This document shows positions 30,628-42,800 of a stretch of DNA of 64,000 bases, one piece after another. The DNA comes from Synechococcus sp. (GTDB taxonomy: Bacteria; Cyanobacteriota; Cyanobacteriia; PCC-6307; Cyanobiaceae): NCBI GenBank assembly GCA_047285535.1, contig JBJBDC010000001.1:2624136-2688135 (forward strand), written 5' to 3'. Positions within the stretch are counted from its first letter, which is position 1. Each line of letters begins with the position of its first letter. A model generated the notes under the pieces. It was not told the origin of the DNA. It was given only the letters and a program-made list of their open reading frames with translations, and made no database searches. The position numbers and the translations under genes are program-made.

Positions 30628-32235
30628 ATGGCCAAGCCTCTGAAGCGCATTGCTCTGGTCGTGACCTACGGCACTTTGCTGAGCAAACTCGGAGGCTTAG
30701 TGCGTCAGTTGGTGATTGCAGCAGCCTTCGGGGTGGGTGCTGCTTACGACGCTTACAACTACGCCTATGTGCTCCCAGGATTTCTTCTGATCCTCTTGGG
30801 AGGGATCAATGGGCCTTTCCATAGCGCCATGGTCAGCGTGCTGAGTCGTCGGCCTCGCTCAGAAGGTGCACATATTTTAGCGACCCTAAACACCATGGTA
30901 AGCGCACTACTTCTCGTGGTGACCCTCGTTCTGGTCGTGGCGGCTGATCCATTGATCACGCTTGTTGGCCCTGGTCTGAGTCCGGAATTGCACCGCATCG
31001 CAGCGTTGCAGCTGCAGGTGATGGCTCCAATGGCTTTGTTGGCTGGTTTGATCGGACTTGGTTTTGGATCCCTCAACGCTGCTGATGAGTTCTGGATCCC
31101 TGCGATTTCTCCGTTGATGTCCAGTCTGGCGCTGATCGTGGGGATCGGTCTGCTTTGGGTTCAAGTGGGCTCTGCGATTGAGACTCCCGCTCTTGCGCTT
31201 TGGGGAGGAGTGGTCTTGGCCCTTTCCACCCTGGTGGGTGCTCTTCTGCAATGGATTTTGCAATTGCCTGCCTTAATGCGCCAGGGATTGGTGCAGCTTC
31301 GACTCTCCTGGGATTGGCGGCATCCCGGTGTTCGGGAGGTTTGGCAGGTGATGGGTCCGGCAACTCTGTCGTCCGGCATGCTGCAGATCAATGTGTTTAC
31401 CGATCTGTTTTTTGCGTCGGGTTTGCTTGGAGCAGCGGCTGGTCTTGGCTATGCCAACTTGTTGGTGCAGACGCCGTTGGGATTGATTTCCAACGCCTTG
31501 TTGGTGCCCCTGCTGCCTACCTTCTCTCGCCTGACGGCACCGCAGGATCGACAGGAGCTGGTGGCCCGAATTCGTCAGGGCTTGATGTTGTCCACGGCGT
31601 CGATGCTTCCCCTTGGCGCCTTGTTCCTGGCCCTTGCGACTCCAATTGTGGCTTTGGTGTATGAGCGAGGGGCTTTTGATGAAGGGGCCGTTCAACTCGT
31701 TACGGGATTGTTGATGGCTTACGGAATAGGGATGCCCGCCTATCTCGGTCGGGATGTTTTGGTGCGTGTGTTTTACGCCTTGGGCGATGGCACAACACCC
31801 TTTCGTTTATCGATGATTGGAATTGGCCTCAATGTTGTTTTCGACTGGGCTCTTGTGGGTGGTCCTACTCCTTGGGGGGCGCAACTTCCCTTTAGTTTTG
31901 GTGCGGCTGGGTTGGTGCTAGCCACAGTGTTGATCAATGTGCTGACCTGCTTTGCCCTTCTGGTGGCCCTTCAGCATCGTCTGCAGGTTCTGCCCTTACA
32001 AAATTGGGCTTGGGATGGTGCACGTTTAACGGTGGCAGCCGCTGGTGCAGGGCTTGGAGCCTGGGGTTTGAGTCAAGCAATCAGTTGGCCGGGTGATCTT
32101 CTGGGTAGGCTTTTGCAAGTTGGCCTCTCGGCAGCAATCGGGCTCTTGCTCTTCATGGTGATTGGGCAAGCCTTCGCAGTTCAGGAAGTTCGTGAGATCA
32201 GCGCTGTCATGACCCGTCGCTTTACTCGTCGTTAA
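30628..32235 (+). CDS. murJ: Lipid II flippase MurJ
   Basis: LSKLGGLVRQ, AYNYAY, GGINGPFHS, YERGAF, RVFYALGD. About 14 hydrophobic segments. Confidence 0.95.
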   Translation: MAKPLKRIALVVTYGTLLSKLGGLVRQLVIAAAFGVGAAYDAYNYAYVLPGFLLILLGGINGPFHSAMVSVLSRRPRSEGAHILATLNTMVSALLLVVTLVLVVAADPLITLVGPGLSPELHRIAALQLQVMAPMALLAGLIGLGFGSLNAADEFWIPAISPLMSSLALIVGIGLLWVQVGSAIETPALALWGGVVLALSTLVGALLQWILQLPALMRQGLVQLRLSWDWRHPGVREVWQVMGPATLSSGMLQINVFTDLFFASGLLGAAAGLGYANLLVQTPLGLISNALLVPLLPTFSRLTAPQDRQELVARIRQGLMLSTASMLPLGALFLALATPIVALVYERGAFDEGAVQLVTGLLMAYGIGMPAYLGRDVLVRVFYALGDGTTPFRLSMIGIGLNVVFDWALVGGPTPWGAQLPFSFGAAGLVLATVLINVLTCFALLVALQHRLQVLPLQNWAWDGARLTVAAAGAGLGAWGLSQAISWPGDLLGRLLQVGLSAAIGLLLFMVIGQAFAVQEVREISAVMTRRFTRR

Positions 32236-32500
32236 GACGGACTTGGCGATCTTCACGCACCTGAATAGGTAACTCGAGTTGCTGTCGGCCCACGAGTTGA
32301 GGCCCTTGCACAGAGAGGATTCGCGCTTCGATTCCATAATCACGGAAGGCAGTCTCCATCTCCTGGATGAGCGCTTTCTCCACTTGGGCTTCAGGATCGA
32401 CGACCTTTCCGATGAGCCGTTCGCCGAGGCGGCCGATCCGTTGTCGGACCACATCGCGGGCATTGGTGACCTCGATGATCAGCACGGCAGATTCCGACAA
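32222..32500 (-). CDS. Conserved hypothetical protein
   Basis: VLIIEVTNARDVVRQRIGRLGERLIGKVVDPEAQVEKALIQE looks like genuine coding sequence. TTG start at 32500 lies just after the upstream gene's stop. Confidence 0.65.
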   Translation of the reverse strand: MSESAVLIIEVTNARDVVRQRIGRLGERLIGKVVDPEAQVEKALIQEMETAFRDYGIEARILSVQGPQLVGRQQLELPIQVREDRQVRLNDE

Positions 32501-32510
32501 CCTTGCAACC

Positions 32511-32801
32511 TTATCGGCAGTGGTCTTCGAGAATCTCCTCCAAGTCCGAAAGTTGCGAGGACGGCAACAGACGCGCCATTGGCAATCTTGCATTTCCACC
32601 TCCAATGGGCACTTGAACAGCTTCGAGGGCTTGTCGCGCGGCTACAACGGCGCCTTGGTCGAGCAGAGCGCTGCATTCGATGGCTAAGGCTTCTGCTAAG
32701 CCAGCATCCCCCAAATACAAGTGCCATCCCGCCACCTGTAAATAAAGGCGGTCGGCAAGTTTTGCCGTTAAGTCGCGTAGATCAGCTGAGTCAAGAGTCA
32801 T
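32511..32801 (-). CDS. DUF3181 family protein
   Basis: LADRLYLQVAGWHLYLGDA..VPIGGG..LPMARLLP. Confidence 0.75.
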   Translation of the reverse strand: MTLDSADLRDLTAKLADRLYLQVAGWHLYLGDAGLAEALAIECSALLDQGAVVAARQALEAVQVPIGGGNARLPMARLLPSSQLSDLEEILEDHCR

Positions 32802-32836
32802 CGTTGCGAGGTTGGAGCGGCTGAGCCCATGCTGAC

Positions 32837-33091
32837 TCAGCTTTCGCCTCTGTCTGAGTCTTGAGATGGGCGAAGACGGATGACGATCAGGAAGTGAACA
32901 ATTAGAAGTCCCAGCCAAATTTCACTCCATAGGGCAAGATTTTCCCAGGGGTGCCGTATCTGCTGCACAAACCAGAGGCCGCTATTAATCGCGGCAAATC
33001 CCATGGTGTGGAGGCAGAGATTGACCACCCTGTTGAAATGTCGATAGGTGGCATTGTTCGGATCTGCAGGTCCGTACCAGCGAAGCGGCAT
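32837..33091 (-). CDS. Small 2TM-domain membrane protein
   Basis: MPLRWYGPADP..YRHFNRVVNLCLH..NSGLWF with two hydrophobic segments. Confidence 0.7.
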   Translation of the reverse strand: MPLRWYGPADPNNATYRHFNRVVNLCLHTMGFAAINSGLWFVQQIRHPWENLALWSEIWLGLLIVHFLIVIRLRPSQDSDRGES

Positions 33092-33182
33092 GGGATGGCC
33101 TTCGTTATTGCTTTGATTGTGACCCGTTCATGCGCTCAGGTTGACGAAGGGTGCCTTGATGCAGTCAGATGGTGACTCGCAA

Positions 33183-33256
33183 GCGCTTGTAGCTCAGCGG
33201 ATTAGAGCATCTGACTACGGATCAGAGGGTCGGGAGTTCGAATCTCTCCAGGCGCG
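33183..33256 (+). tRNA. tRNA-Arg (ACG)
   Basis: Acceptor stem GCGCTTG/CAGGCGC, D-arm AGCTCAGCGGATTAGAGC, anticodon arm TCTGA-CTACGGA-TCAGA, T-loop GTTCGAATC. Confidence 0.97.
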
Positions 33257-33262
33257 CTTCCG

Positions 33263-33290
33263 AAAACTGCCTTTTAGGCAGTTTTTTTAT
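33263..33290 (+). terminator. Rho-independent terminator after tRNA-Arg
   Basis: AAAACTGCC-TTTTA-GGCAGTTTT stem followed by a T-run. Confidence 0.8.
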
Positions 33291-33349
33291 TGTTCATGAT
33301 CGTCATAGGGACCTTTTCCCTACGATTCCCGCATTGGTTTTTGAAAGGC

Positions 33350-34639
33350 ATGACAGAACGCTCCGCAGCCGACATCACCGCGTCCCTGAAAGCTGCTGAC
33401 CCTGTCATCGCTGGTTTGATCGGTCAAGAGCTGAATCGTCAGGAGTCCCACCTTGAGCTGATTGCATCTGAGAATTTCACCTCCAGGGCGGTGATGGAAG
33501 CCCAGGGGTCTGTGCTGACGAATAAATACGCGGAGGGCCTTCCGCATAAGCGCTATTACGGCGGATGTGAGCACGTCGATGCCATCGAAGAATTGGCGAT
33601 CCAAAGGGCTACACAGCTTTTTGATGCTGACTGGGCGAATGTTCAGCCTCATAGCGGAGCACAAGCGAATTTCGCTGTGTTTCTTGCCTTGCTTCAGCCA
33701 GGAGACACGATTCTTGGCATGGACCTCAGTCACGGTGGGCACCTTACCCATGGCTCACCCGTGAATGTCAGTGGCAAGTGGTTCAACGTTGTCCATTACG
33801 GGGTGGACAGAGAAACCCATAGGCTTGATATGGGGGCGATTCGACAGCTGGCTCTCGAGCACAAACCAAAGCTCATCATTTGCGGATATTCGGCCTATCC
33901 GCGATCCATTGATTTCGCCGCATTCCGTGCCATCGCAGATGAAGTGGGTGCCTACCTCCTGGCTGATATGGCTCATATCGCAGGCTTGGTAGCTGCTGGT
34001 GTTCATTCCAGTCCTGTACCTCACTGTGACGTCGTCACCACCACGACCCACAAAACACTCCGCGGTCCTCGGGGTGGTCTGATCCTTTGCAGGGATTCAG
34101 AGTTCGCTCGCCGTTTTGACAAAGCGGTCTTCCCAGGAACACAAGGAGGACCGCTTGAGCATGTGATTGCAGCGAAGGCCGTGGCGTTTGGTGAGGCTTT
34201 ACAGCCCGAATTCAAGGATTACATCCGTCAGGTGGTGGCCAACGCTCAGGCTCTTGCAGCTCGACTTCAGGAGCGTGGCATTGATGTCGTGAGCGGAGGG
34301 ACGGATAACCATCTTGTGCTTCTTGACCTACGCAGTATCGGTATGACTGGCAAGGTTGCTGATCTGTTGGTGAGTGATGTCAACATCACCGCTAACAAAA
34401 ACACTGTTCCTTTTGATCCCGAGTCTCCCTTTGTCACGAGTGGATTGCGATTGGGAACTGCTGCACTCTCCACGCGCGGCTTCGATCAGAAAGCGTTCCG
34501 CCAGGTTGCTGACGTGATCGCTGATCGTCTGCAGAATCCTGACGATGAGACCATCAAAGTGCGTTGTCTGGAGGCTGTAAGTCATCTTTGCAAGAGGTTT
34601 CCGCTTTACGCCCCTGCGTTGGAACCAGCTCTTGCATGA
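33350..34639 (+). CDS. glyA: Serine hydroxymethyltransferase
   Basis: LIASENF, NKYAEG, GGHLTHG, PLP lysine [20 protein letters not shown]. Confidence 0.98.
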   Translation: MTERSAADITASLKAADPVIAGLIGQELNRQESHLELIASENFTSRAVMEAQGSVLTNKYAEGLPHKRYYGGCEHVDAIEELAIQRATQLFDADWANVQPHSGAQANFAVFLALLQPGDTILGMDLSHGGHLTHGSPVNVSGKWFNVVHYGVDRETHRLDMGAIRQLALEHKPKLIICGYSAYPRSIDFAAFRAIADEVGAYLLADMAHIAGLVAAGVHSSPVPHCDVVTTTTHKTLRGPRGGLILCRDSEFARRFDKAVFPGTQGGPLEHVIAAKAVAFGEALQPEFKDYIRQVVANAQALAARLQERGIDVVSGGTDNHLVLLDLRSIGMTGKVADLLVSDVNITANKNTVPFDPESPFVTSGLRLGTAALSTRGFDQKAFRQVADVIADRLQNPDDETIKVRCLEAVSHLCKRFPLYAPALEPALA

Positions 34640-34713
34640 GTGTCCTAGAACCCGTGTTGCCAAGCCTTGTTTTGCTTAAAGTTGATTTTTAATTAATCCG
34701 TCTGGGTCGCCAT

Positions 34714-35874
34714 TTGTCGGAGTTTTCTGTGATTTTCGCGAGTACTCCTCTCGCAGTCTCTACAGCAACTTTTGTGGTGGCGGCTGTTATTACGACGTTG
34801 CTTGTCCCTCAAGTGCGTCGGCTTGGCTTGAGATTAGGTCTCACAGATCTGCCCGATTCCCGTAAGCAGCATTCCATCCCGATGGTCCGCCTGGGCGGTA
34901 TCGCTTTAGTCCTTGGGTTCTGCTTGTCCCTCGGATTGACTTGGTGGAGCGGGGGGTTTGGGCTGTTGAATCCAGCCCGTGATGAGCTCATTTGGACCAC
35001 TCTTGCGGGCTCTCTTTGCTTTTTCTTCATCGGTCTGGCCGACGATCTGTTTGCCCTGTCTCCGTGGCCCCGTTTAGCGGGACAGATTGCTGTTTCTATC
35101 GTCGTCTGGTCTCAGGGAGTGCGTATTGGAGCAATTGATCTCCCCTGGCTAGCCAATAGCTCCGAAGCCTTACTGCTCCCGAATGCACTCAGCTTGATCG
35201 CCACTGTGATCTGGCTCGTGGGGATTACCAATGCGATCAACTGGTTGGATGGTCTTGATGGCCTGGCTGCTGGCGTCGGTGGAATTGCAGCGGTTGGTTT
35301 GGTATCGGTCAGTTTTTCCCTGCATCAAACGGCCGCCGCTTTCCTTGCAGCAGCGTTAGCCGGAAGCTGTCTCGGTTTCCTCCGCCACAATTTCAATCCT
35401 GCCCGTATTTTTATGGGTGATGGAGGGTCCTATTTTTTAGGTTTCACCCTGGCGGCCATCAGCATTGTTGGTCCTGCGAAAGGACTCACAACAGTCAGCT
35501 TGTTGCTGCCATTGCTAATTCTTTCATTGCCTTTAGCTGATATGTCGGCAGTGATTATGGGGCGTCTCAGCGATGGTCATTCTCCTTTTTATCCTGATCG
35601 CAGGCATCTCCATCATCGACTGCTGCGTGCTGGTTTCAGTCATCGACGCACGGTCCTCTTGATCTATGTGTTCACGCAGTGGCTTGCTTCACTTGCCATG
35701 GTGGTGGCCAATGTAGAGATGCGTTTTCTTTGGCTTGGACTGGCGACGGCAATTCTTGTTGCCACTGTGGTCACCATTAATCGCCATCGTCATTTCGAGC
35801 CTGATGTGAGCCAGCCTCTAGAAGAGGATCTAAATGAACAAGATGTGGTCCGTCGCCGAAAAAGGCATGACTGA
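34714..35874 (+). CDS. MraY/WecA-family undecaprenyl-phosphate GlcNAc-1-phosphate transferase
   Basis: [47 protein letters not shown]. Confidence 0.92.
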   Translation: MSEFSVIFASTPLAVSTATFVVAAVITTLLVPQVRRLGLRLGLTDLPDSRKQHSIPMVRLGGIALVLGFCLSLGLTWWSGGFGLLNPARDELIWTTLAGSLCFFFIGLADDLFALSPWPRLAGQIAVSIVVWSQGVRIGAIDLPWLANSSEALLLPNALSLIATVIWLVGITNAINWLDGLDGLAAGVGGIAAVGLVSVSFSLHQTAAAFLAAALAGSCLGFLRHNFNPARIFMGDGGSYFLGFTLAAISIVGPAKGLTTVSLLLPLLILSLPLADMSAVIMGRLSDGHSPFYPDRRHLHHRLLRAGFSHRRTVLLIYVFTQWLASLAMVVANVEMRFLWLGLATAILVATVVTINRHRHFEPDVSQPLEEDLNEQDVVRRRKRHD

Positions 35875-37183
35875 TGGGTCTGAAAATTCTGAAGTTGAGA
35901 TTCTCTGTGTTGGAACTGAGCTCCTGTTGGGAAATATCCTTAACGGCAATGCCCGCTGGTTGTCCGAGGAGCTCGCTTCTCTTGGTCTTGCCCATTTTCG
36001 TCAGACCGTTGTCGGGGACAATCGCAAACGCCTGATTGCGTTGGTTCAGGAAATAGCTCAACGCTCCAGGGTGTTGATCACCACTGGAGGCCTCGGACCG
36101 ACTCCGGATGATCTGACCACGGAGGCTTTGGCAGCTGCGTTTTCTGTTCCTTTGGTCGAGCGAGCCGACGTTTGGTCTGACATTCAAGAGAAGGCCTACA
36201 GCCGCGGTCGCACTCCCGGCCCTGAGACCCGTCGCCAGGCTCTTTTACCTGTCGGAGCAAAGGTTTTATGGAATCTAACGGGAACCGCCCCCGGCATGAT
36301 CTGGACCCCGGTGCCTGGATTCACCGTGCTTACGTTTCCCGGGGTGCCCAGTGAGATGAAAGCGATGTGGAAGGCCACGGCCGTGCCCTGGTTCCGGTCG
36401 TCCGGTCTCTCCAAAGGTGTGTTTGTCAGTCGCCTTCTTCATTTCTGGGGCATTGGTGAATCCACGTTGGCCGAACAGGTGGCCGATTTGTTGGAAGGTG
36501 CGAATCCCACCGTTGCTCCCTACGCCGGGCGCGGAGATGTGAAGCTCAGGATTACGGCCTGCGCTGATGAGCCTGCGAAGGCTTGGGTGCTGGTGGATCA
36601 AACCGAGCAGACGTTGCGCCAGCGCACGGGCAATCTTTGTTTTGGCGTTGATCAAGATTCTCTTGCTTCTGTCGTGTTGATGCAACTGGGTCAAACAGGT
36701 CAAACCTTATCTGTTGCGGAATCCTGCACTGGTGGAGGCCTTGGCGCTGAACTCACAGCTGTGCCTGGTGCCTCGTCTGTGGTGGTCGGTGGGGTGATTG
36801 CCTATTCAAATGCCATTAAGCGAAACCTTCTTTCAGTACCACAGGCCCTTCTCGAAGAGTATGGCGCTGTCAGTGCCCCAGTGGCGCAGGCGATGGCGAT
36901 TGGCGTTCGTTCTCTTACAGGATCAGATTGGGCCCTTGCGATCACTGGAATTGCAGGCCCTGATGGGGGAACTCTGGAGAAACCGGTTGGTTTGGTGTAC
37001 GTCGCCGTCGCTGGTCCCAACGGATGCAGCAGTGAGATGTTGCGTTTGGGACACACACGAGGCCGAGAGTGGATCAGGATGGTCAGTGCTGGTGAAGCTC
37101 TCAACAGTCTTCGTTTGCGCTTGATGGCCCCATCCCAGGATCTCGGTCATCAAGGGACCAGTACCGGTAGGAGGTCATGTTGA
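35867..37183 (+). CDS. cinA: Competence/damage-inducible protein CinA (with NMN deamidase domain)
   Basis: [41 protein letters not shown]. Confidence 0.94.
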   Translation: MTDGSENSEVEILCVGTELLLGNILNGNARWLSEELASLGLAHFRQTVVGDNRKRLIALVQEIAQRSRVLITTGGLGPTPDDLTTEALAAAFSVPLVERADVWSDIQEKAYSRGRTPGPETRRQALLPVGAKVLWNLTGTAPGMIWTPVPGFTVLTFPGVPSEMKAMWKATAVPWFRSSGLSKGVFVSRLLHFWGIGESTLAEQVADLLEGANPTVAPYAGRGDVKLRITACADEPAKAWVLVDQTEQTLRQRTGNLCFGVDQDSLASVVLMQLGQTGQTLSVAESCTGGGLGAELTAVPGASSVVVGGVIAYSNAIKRNLLSVPQALLEEYGAVSAPVAQAMAIGVRSLTGSDWALAITGIAGPDGGTLEKPVGLVYVAVAGPNGCSSEMLRLGHTRGREWIRMVSAGEALNSLRLRLMAPSQDLGHQGTSTGRRSC

Positions 37184-37237
37184 TCTGATCGAATGTGCGA
37201 TTTGCCACTAGGGTTTTTGCTGAATTGTTGAAAGGGA

Positions 37238-38644
37238 ATGAGCAGCGGAACCCTCTACGACAAGGTTTGGGATCTTCACCGCGTTGCTGATCTCCCTGGG
37301 GGCTCCACTCAGTTGCTGATTGGTTTGCACCTGATCCATGAAGTGACGAGCCCTCAGGCGTTCGCTGCTCTTGAAGACAAGGGGCTGACAGTGCGTTGTC
37401 CGGAGCGAACGGTGGCGACGGTCGATCACATCGTTCCAACAACGAGTCAGTCCAGGCCTTTCGCTGATCCCTTAGCTGAAGACATGCTCAGCACTCTGGA
37501 GCGCAACTGTCGCAACTATGGGATTTTGCTCAATGGAATCGGAAGTGGTCGTCAAGGAATTGTGCATGTGATTGCTCCGGAGTTGGGTTTGACCCAGCCC
37601 GGAATGACAGTGGCCTGTGGGGATTCACACACCTCAACGCACGGCGCCTTCGGGGCGATTGCTTTTGGCATCGGTACCTCTCAGGTTCGTGATGTTTTGG
37701 CGAGCCAAAGCTTGGCAATGAACAAACTTAAGGTGCGTCGCATTTGGGTTGAGAACCGCTTAGGCCCTGGGGTTTTTGCGAAGGATTTGATCCTTCACGT
37801 CATTCGTTCTCTTGGTGTTAAGGCTGGCGTGGGCTATGCCTATGAATTTGCGGGGCCGGCTATCGAGCTCCTCTCGATGGAAGAGCGAATGACCCTCTGC
37901 AATATGGCAATTGAGGGAGGCGCTCGCTGCGGCTATGTCAATCCTGATCAGACAACATTTGATTATTTAGAAGGTCGTCCCTCCATACCCAGCGGTGAAG
38001 CTTGGCAACGGGCAATGAGCTGGTGGCGATCGCTCGCCTCCGATTCGGATGCTCGTTTTGATGATGAGCTGCGCTTTGATGCTGCTGTGATTCCTCCTAC
38101 GGTGACCTGGGGCATCACCCCCGGCCAGGGGATTGGCGTCGATGAGCATGTACCAAAGCCTGAGCAACTCGATCCAGCAGATCGCCCTATCGCTGAAGAG
38201 GCATATCGTTATATGGATTTGGAGCCTGGACAAGCCATTGCTGGCGTGCCGGTAGATGTTTGTTTCATCGGCAGTTGCACCAATGGTCGTCTTAGTGATT
38301 TGAAGGCTGCAGCTCATGTGGCACGAGGACGGCAGGTGGCTTCGGGGATCAAGGCTTTTGTGGTACCTGGCTCGGAGCAGGTAGCCCGCGCTGCTGAGGC
38401 TGAAGGCCTCGATCAAGTGTTTCGAGATGCCGGATTCGAGTGGCGTGAGCCTGGCTGTTCAATGTGTTTAGCAATGAATCCTGACCGGCTTGAGGGGCGT
38501 CAGATCAGCGCAAGCTCAAGTAATCGAAACTTTAAAGGGCGCCAGGGATCATCAAGTGGACGGACGCTGCTGATGAGTCCTGCCATGGTTGCGGCGGCAG
38601 CGGTGACCGGTCATGTCAGTGATGTCCGCTTGCTTGACTCCTGA
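37238..38644 (+). CDS. leuC: 3-isopropylmalate dehydratase large subunit
   Basis: [40 protein letters not shown]. Confidence 0.98.
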   Translation: MSSGTLYDKVWDLHRVADLPGGSTQLLIGLHLIHEVTSPQAFAALEDKGLTVRCPERTVATVDHIVPTTSQSRPFADPLAEDMLSTLERNCRNYGILLNGIGSGRQGIVHVIAPELGLTQPGMTVACGDSHTSTHGAFGAIAFGIGTSQVRDVLASQSLAMNKLKVRRIWVENRLGPGVFAKDLILHVIRSLGVKAGVGYAYEFAGPAIELLSMEERMTLCNMAIEGGARCGYVNPDQTTFDYLEGRPSIPSGEAWQRAMSWWRSLASDSDARFDDELRFDAAVIPPTVTWGITPGQGIGVDEHVPKPEQLDPADRPIAEEAYRYMDLEPGQAIAGVPVDVCFIGSCTNGRLSDLKAAAHVARGRQVASGIKAFVVPGSEQVARAAEAEGLDQVFRDAGFEWREPGCSMCLAMNPDRLEGRQISASSSNRNFKGRQGSSSGRTLLMSPAMVAAAAVTGHVSDVRLLDS

Positions 38645-38717
38645 TGGTTTGCTGAAGCTGGTGGACTTTTCGCATTGCTGGTGTGTTCAGGTCGCTGTAC
38701 CTATTTTTTGATTTTTC

Positions 38718-39332
38718 ATGACTAAGGCCCTCGATTTCCCTCATGGTTTGATCACCTCGATTCACGGCCGAGCCTTTTCGTTACGAGGTGACGATATTGA
38801 TACGGATCGGATTATTCCGGCTCGATTTTTGAAATGCGTGAGCTTTGAGGCCCTTGGGGCTCAGGCCTTTGCTGATGATCGTCAGGAGCTCAAAGGACAG
38901 CATCCCTTTGATCTGCCAGCGAATCAAGGGGCCAAGATTTTGGTGGTTAATGACAACTTTGGTTGTGGCTCTAGCCGTGAACATGCGCCTCAAGCCCTCA
39001 TGCGCTGGGGAATCCGTGCTCTTGTCGGGGTCAGTTTTGCAGAAATCTTTTTTGGAAACTGTTTGGCGCTTGGAATTCCTTGTTTGAAGGCCGGCAAAGA
39101 TGAGGTGCAGGCGCTTCAAGATGCTGTGGATCAGAATTCAGCAGTTGACTGGACTATCGACTTGGAGGCCTTAAATTGCAGCAATGGCAAGGACAGTTGG
39201 CCTCTTCAAATGGATCTGGGCCCTCTCGATATGTTTAAGTCCGGTCGATGGGATGCAACGGGCCAACTTTTAGCTCGTGATGATGAATTGAAGGCCACCA
39301 TGGAGTCTCTTCCCTATATCAAGGGGTTCTAG
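38718..39332 (+). CDS. leuD: 3-isopropylmalate dehydratase small subunit
   Basis: DIDTDRIIPARFL, NFGCGSSREHAP, SFAEIF. Confidence 0.97.
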   Translation: MTKALDFPHGLITSIHGRAFSLRGDDIDTDRIIPARFLKCVSFEALGAQAFADDRQELKGQHPFDLPANQGAKILVVNDNFGCGSSREHAPQALMRWGIRALVGVSFAEIFFGNCLALGIPCLKAGKDEVQALQDAVDQNSAVDWTIDLEALNCSNGKDSWPLQMDLGPLDMFKSGRWDATGQLLARDDELKATMESLPYIKGF

Positions 39333-39384
39333 CGCGGCAGACACTTGTTTTAGTGTCTATGAAGGAGGAAGCGGCGTTGATGTC

Positions 39385-39858
39385 ATGGCTTCCCTCCTCA
39401 AGAGTTTCCGGTTTGTATTGGGCTCAATGGCCTTAACATTGAGTCACTCGGCTGTTCAGGCTGGACCTGTGATTCAGCTTGCCGTGGAGCCTTTCGGCAC
39501 CCCCATAGAGCGCTTGATTCAGAGTGGTGCTTGTCAGAGTTGTGATTTGCGAGAGGCTGATTTGCGTGGTCGCCATCTGATCGGGGCTGACTTGCGTGGT
39601 GCTGATTTGCGCGGAGCAGAGCTCAGCGGGGCGAATCTTGAAGGTGCTGATTTAAGTGGTGCCAGGCTTGATGGTGCCAGGTTGCAAGGTGCGATGCTCA
39701 GCAATACCGATCTTTCAGGTACGGATCTTCGCCGTGCTGATTTGCGTGATTCCGTAGTAATTAATGCGTTTGCTCCGGGAGTGCGAACTGATGGCATGCA
39801 GTTTGCTGGGTCTAATCTTACGGGCAGTCATTTGATCTATGGCGGTGGTCCTGATTAA
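39385..39858 (+). CDS. Exported pentapeptide-repeat protein
   Basis: Signal peptide ending AVQA, a CQSC cap, then tandem A(D/N)LxG repeats. Confidence 0.9.
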   Translation: MASLLKSFRFVLGSMALTLSHSAVQAGPVIQLAVEPFGTPIERLIQSGACQSCDLREADLRGRHLIGADLRGADLRGAELSGANLEGADLSGARLDGARLQGAMLSNTDLSGTDLRRADLRDSVVINAFAPGVRTDGMQFAGSNLTGSHLIYGGGPD

Positions 39859-39870
39859 GAGACAACGTGA

Positions 39871-42800
39871 TTAGAAGGGACGGTTGTCTAATTCGTTTGA
39901 TGGGTTGTAAGGAATGAATGGAACTCCAGTTCCCGTAAAGTTGAAATCATTGAGGCGGAATCTGAATCCACCGATGCCCTGATATGGGTTGTAATAGAAA
40001 CCAAAATCATAGGAGCGACGCTGCCAGCGCAGCTCAATATTGGAGTCAATGACGTCGCCATAAAACTCTGAGGCGGGATCGACATTTAATCCAACACCAG
40101 CATTTAAAATCAGGGGTCCTGCGATCTGTTGGGTGAGGCCTATCCCCAATGTCCCAAGGTCAATGGCTTGATCAAAATCAAAAGGACTTGCACCCTGTTT
40201 GAGGGTGCCACCACCAGTCACCGAGAGCTGGGTGTAGTCAAGGAAGGGTTTGCTGAAGGTTCCCAGCGTGAGCGTTGGGCCTCCACTGAGGCTGATTGTG
40301 TTTTGCCTTGTGCCGTTTCCAAAGGCTGCTAGCTGTGTGTTGATGTTGGTGTTGAAAGAAAGCCCTGGAACGATGGCGACCGGCGAGTAGCGATAAGCCG
40401 ATTCCGGAGTGAGGGCCGCAGGTTGACCACTCCAGATCCTGTAGCTGCTATTGAGAGAGCCATAAAAATTGAATCGCCATAAATCTGTAAGGTTTTCACT
40501 TTGGAATTGTTCGGCTTGATAGTTTCCAGCTCCAACACGCCAGATGTAGCTATTGGAAAGTTTGCCTAATTGGAAGGCTCCTCTTTTTTCCAAGAAACCA
40601 CCAAAAGCAGAGTAAACATCTGTTTCTCCCAAAGAACCATTGAAGGCTCGGAAGCGATAAGCAGAAAATCCTCTGACCTTAACTTCGCCCAACCAGGGAA
40701 GAGTGACATTGTTTCTCAATTCACCCCAAAAGCGACTTCCATTCATGAAGTTGTTGGGATTAAACGTGCTGATGTCCGCATTGGCTTCTACTTCCCATCC
40801 CCATAACTCACTAATAAGCTCTGCTTCAAGACCAAACAGGTCGCCAGCTGTTGTGGTCTGACTAACCTTGCCGCTGTTAATTGAGCGTCCTGGCTTCACA
40901 TAACTGTTTGTTTCTCCGTCGATAGCCCGTTGCAAAAGAAGTTGTGGTTGCAGGCTCAAAATTGTGTTGTCGCTAAGTTCGATGGGTTTGAGATCTCGCC
41001 CAACGAAGAAACCATCGCGATCGTCGTTGTCGATTCCGAAGACCCAGCGATTTTCGACTTCTTCTTCTTTGCTGATGCGCTGAGTTCGACTCACTGGGAT
41101 GGGGAGGCGTTCTTCAACAATGAGACGATTGCGTGCACTTTTAATCAGGATGTCGCCATTGGGCTGTTCCTGAGCAATCACATCTTCGGCATCGATTCTG
41201 GTTTGTGCTGGTGTGAATGGATCATTGGTGAATCCCATTCGCTCAGCTTTCCATCCTTCAGGTGTGATGGAGACCCTTGATGCTTGGATGCGCCAGCGGC
41301 TAATTTGCCCGGTCACGAGCTGGGTCTTGCCGAGGGCCTCAAGCTGAGACGAACGTACACCACCAAAGGTATTCTCCGCTTCGATTTCCCTGTTGTTGAC
41401 TGCTCCAGGCACTCCAATACGTCTCTCGATCGTGAGTCGTTGTTGGAACTGAATGCTGCTGATCCTTTGATCGATCATGGCGATCGCTTGGGCGCGCAGA
41501 GTCTCCTGTTCAGCAGGAGACATCCCTGAGAAGCGCGACTGCGCAAGGGGTTCAGGGGGAATGATGGGTTGATTGCCACCTTTGCCCAGAGTGATCTCTT
41601 CGAGCTTTTCGTTCAAGGTGAGCAGTGGTGGGCGAGTGGCGCGATCAGGGTCAGGGCAACCAAGGGGGGGCGGAACGTCTGCAACTTGCGATGCCATTTG
41701 GTCTTTACCGAAGCGATAACGCAAGCCCAGCAGATAGGCATTACTCCCTTCTTTGACGCCGTTATAGGTGCCAAATGCTCCGGAGCGATGGTGAATTCTT
41801 CCGACCATAGAAAGCTGATCTGAGACCGAGGCTTCCAACTCAAAGGCCAGGTAGTTGAGCAGCTGGGAGAAGTTTTCTCGATACGTGCGCTCGTAGTTGC
41901 TGACGGATGTGTTGTAACTGATGCCTTCTACAAAACCGAAGCTCAGCCACGGTTGCACCCAGAGCCTCGCCCCTAGGCCAATGATCGCCTCCCCGAACAG
42001 CTGTTCGGGGGTGTCTGCGTTCGGCACACTCTGGTTGAATTCACCTCCTTGTTGCCTGAAAGCCTGATGGCCGAAAAGATCAGCCTCTAGTTCCAATGCG
42101 AATGGTCCAGCACGCCAAATTCGTTTTTGCATGCTGACACCCAACAGATATTCCTCTCGCAAACGCCCGTTGAACAGAAAGGTATCTCCAAAGTTGGAGT
42201 CGATCATTTGCCCACCCCAAGCGGTGACGGCCCACGGATGGGGATGCCAGTCAGGGATAGGAGGAAGAGGTGTTGGGCAGGCCATGCCCTCAAAGGATTG
42301 TTGGACCTGAGGGTTCGCTTCGGTCGGAGTGGGGACTGTCCAGGTGTTGAGCGGCAGAAGTTCCTCATCCCAGAAGTTTCTATTGCCTTGGGGGCTGAGG
42401 CTTCTTGGGGTTGTACTGCCAAGCTCAAGATCAATGGCGGTAGGGAATCCAAGCCCTGTGCTTTCCACGACTGGGAGTGGTTCTTCTGGGTTGTTTGGGG
42501 AAAACGAGCGTTCAGTCCTGGACGAAGGACCAAAACCTTGGGAAAGCTCGTCCAGCTCAAGAACGCCGTAGACGTCTTCGAGTTCCCCACTGTTTTGGAT
42601 CAGGCTGTATCGAAAAGTACTGGCTTGAAAATACTGAGATCCACGACGTAATCGAACGCTGCCTCGCGCAAACAAAGTGTTGAAGTTGCTGTCGAATTCG
42701 ATTCGATCAGCCTGGAGCACACCTCCACGGAGTTTTGCTCGCACATTCCCTTCCGCAATGAAGACTCCACTGCGAGCATCAAACGATTGCCTGTCTGCCT

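Noticed and set aside
12991..33290. The two tRNA genes as possible integration sites
   Set aside because: Both are flanked by core genes, with no integrase and no duplicated tRNA 3' end noticed in the window.
39540..39750. Recurrent GCTGATTTGCG 15-bp periodicity
   Set aside because: Explained by pentapeptide-repeat coding, not a DNA repeat element.
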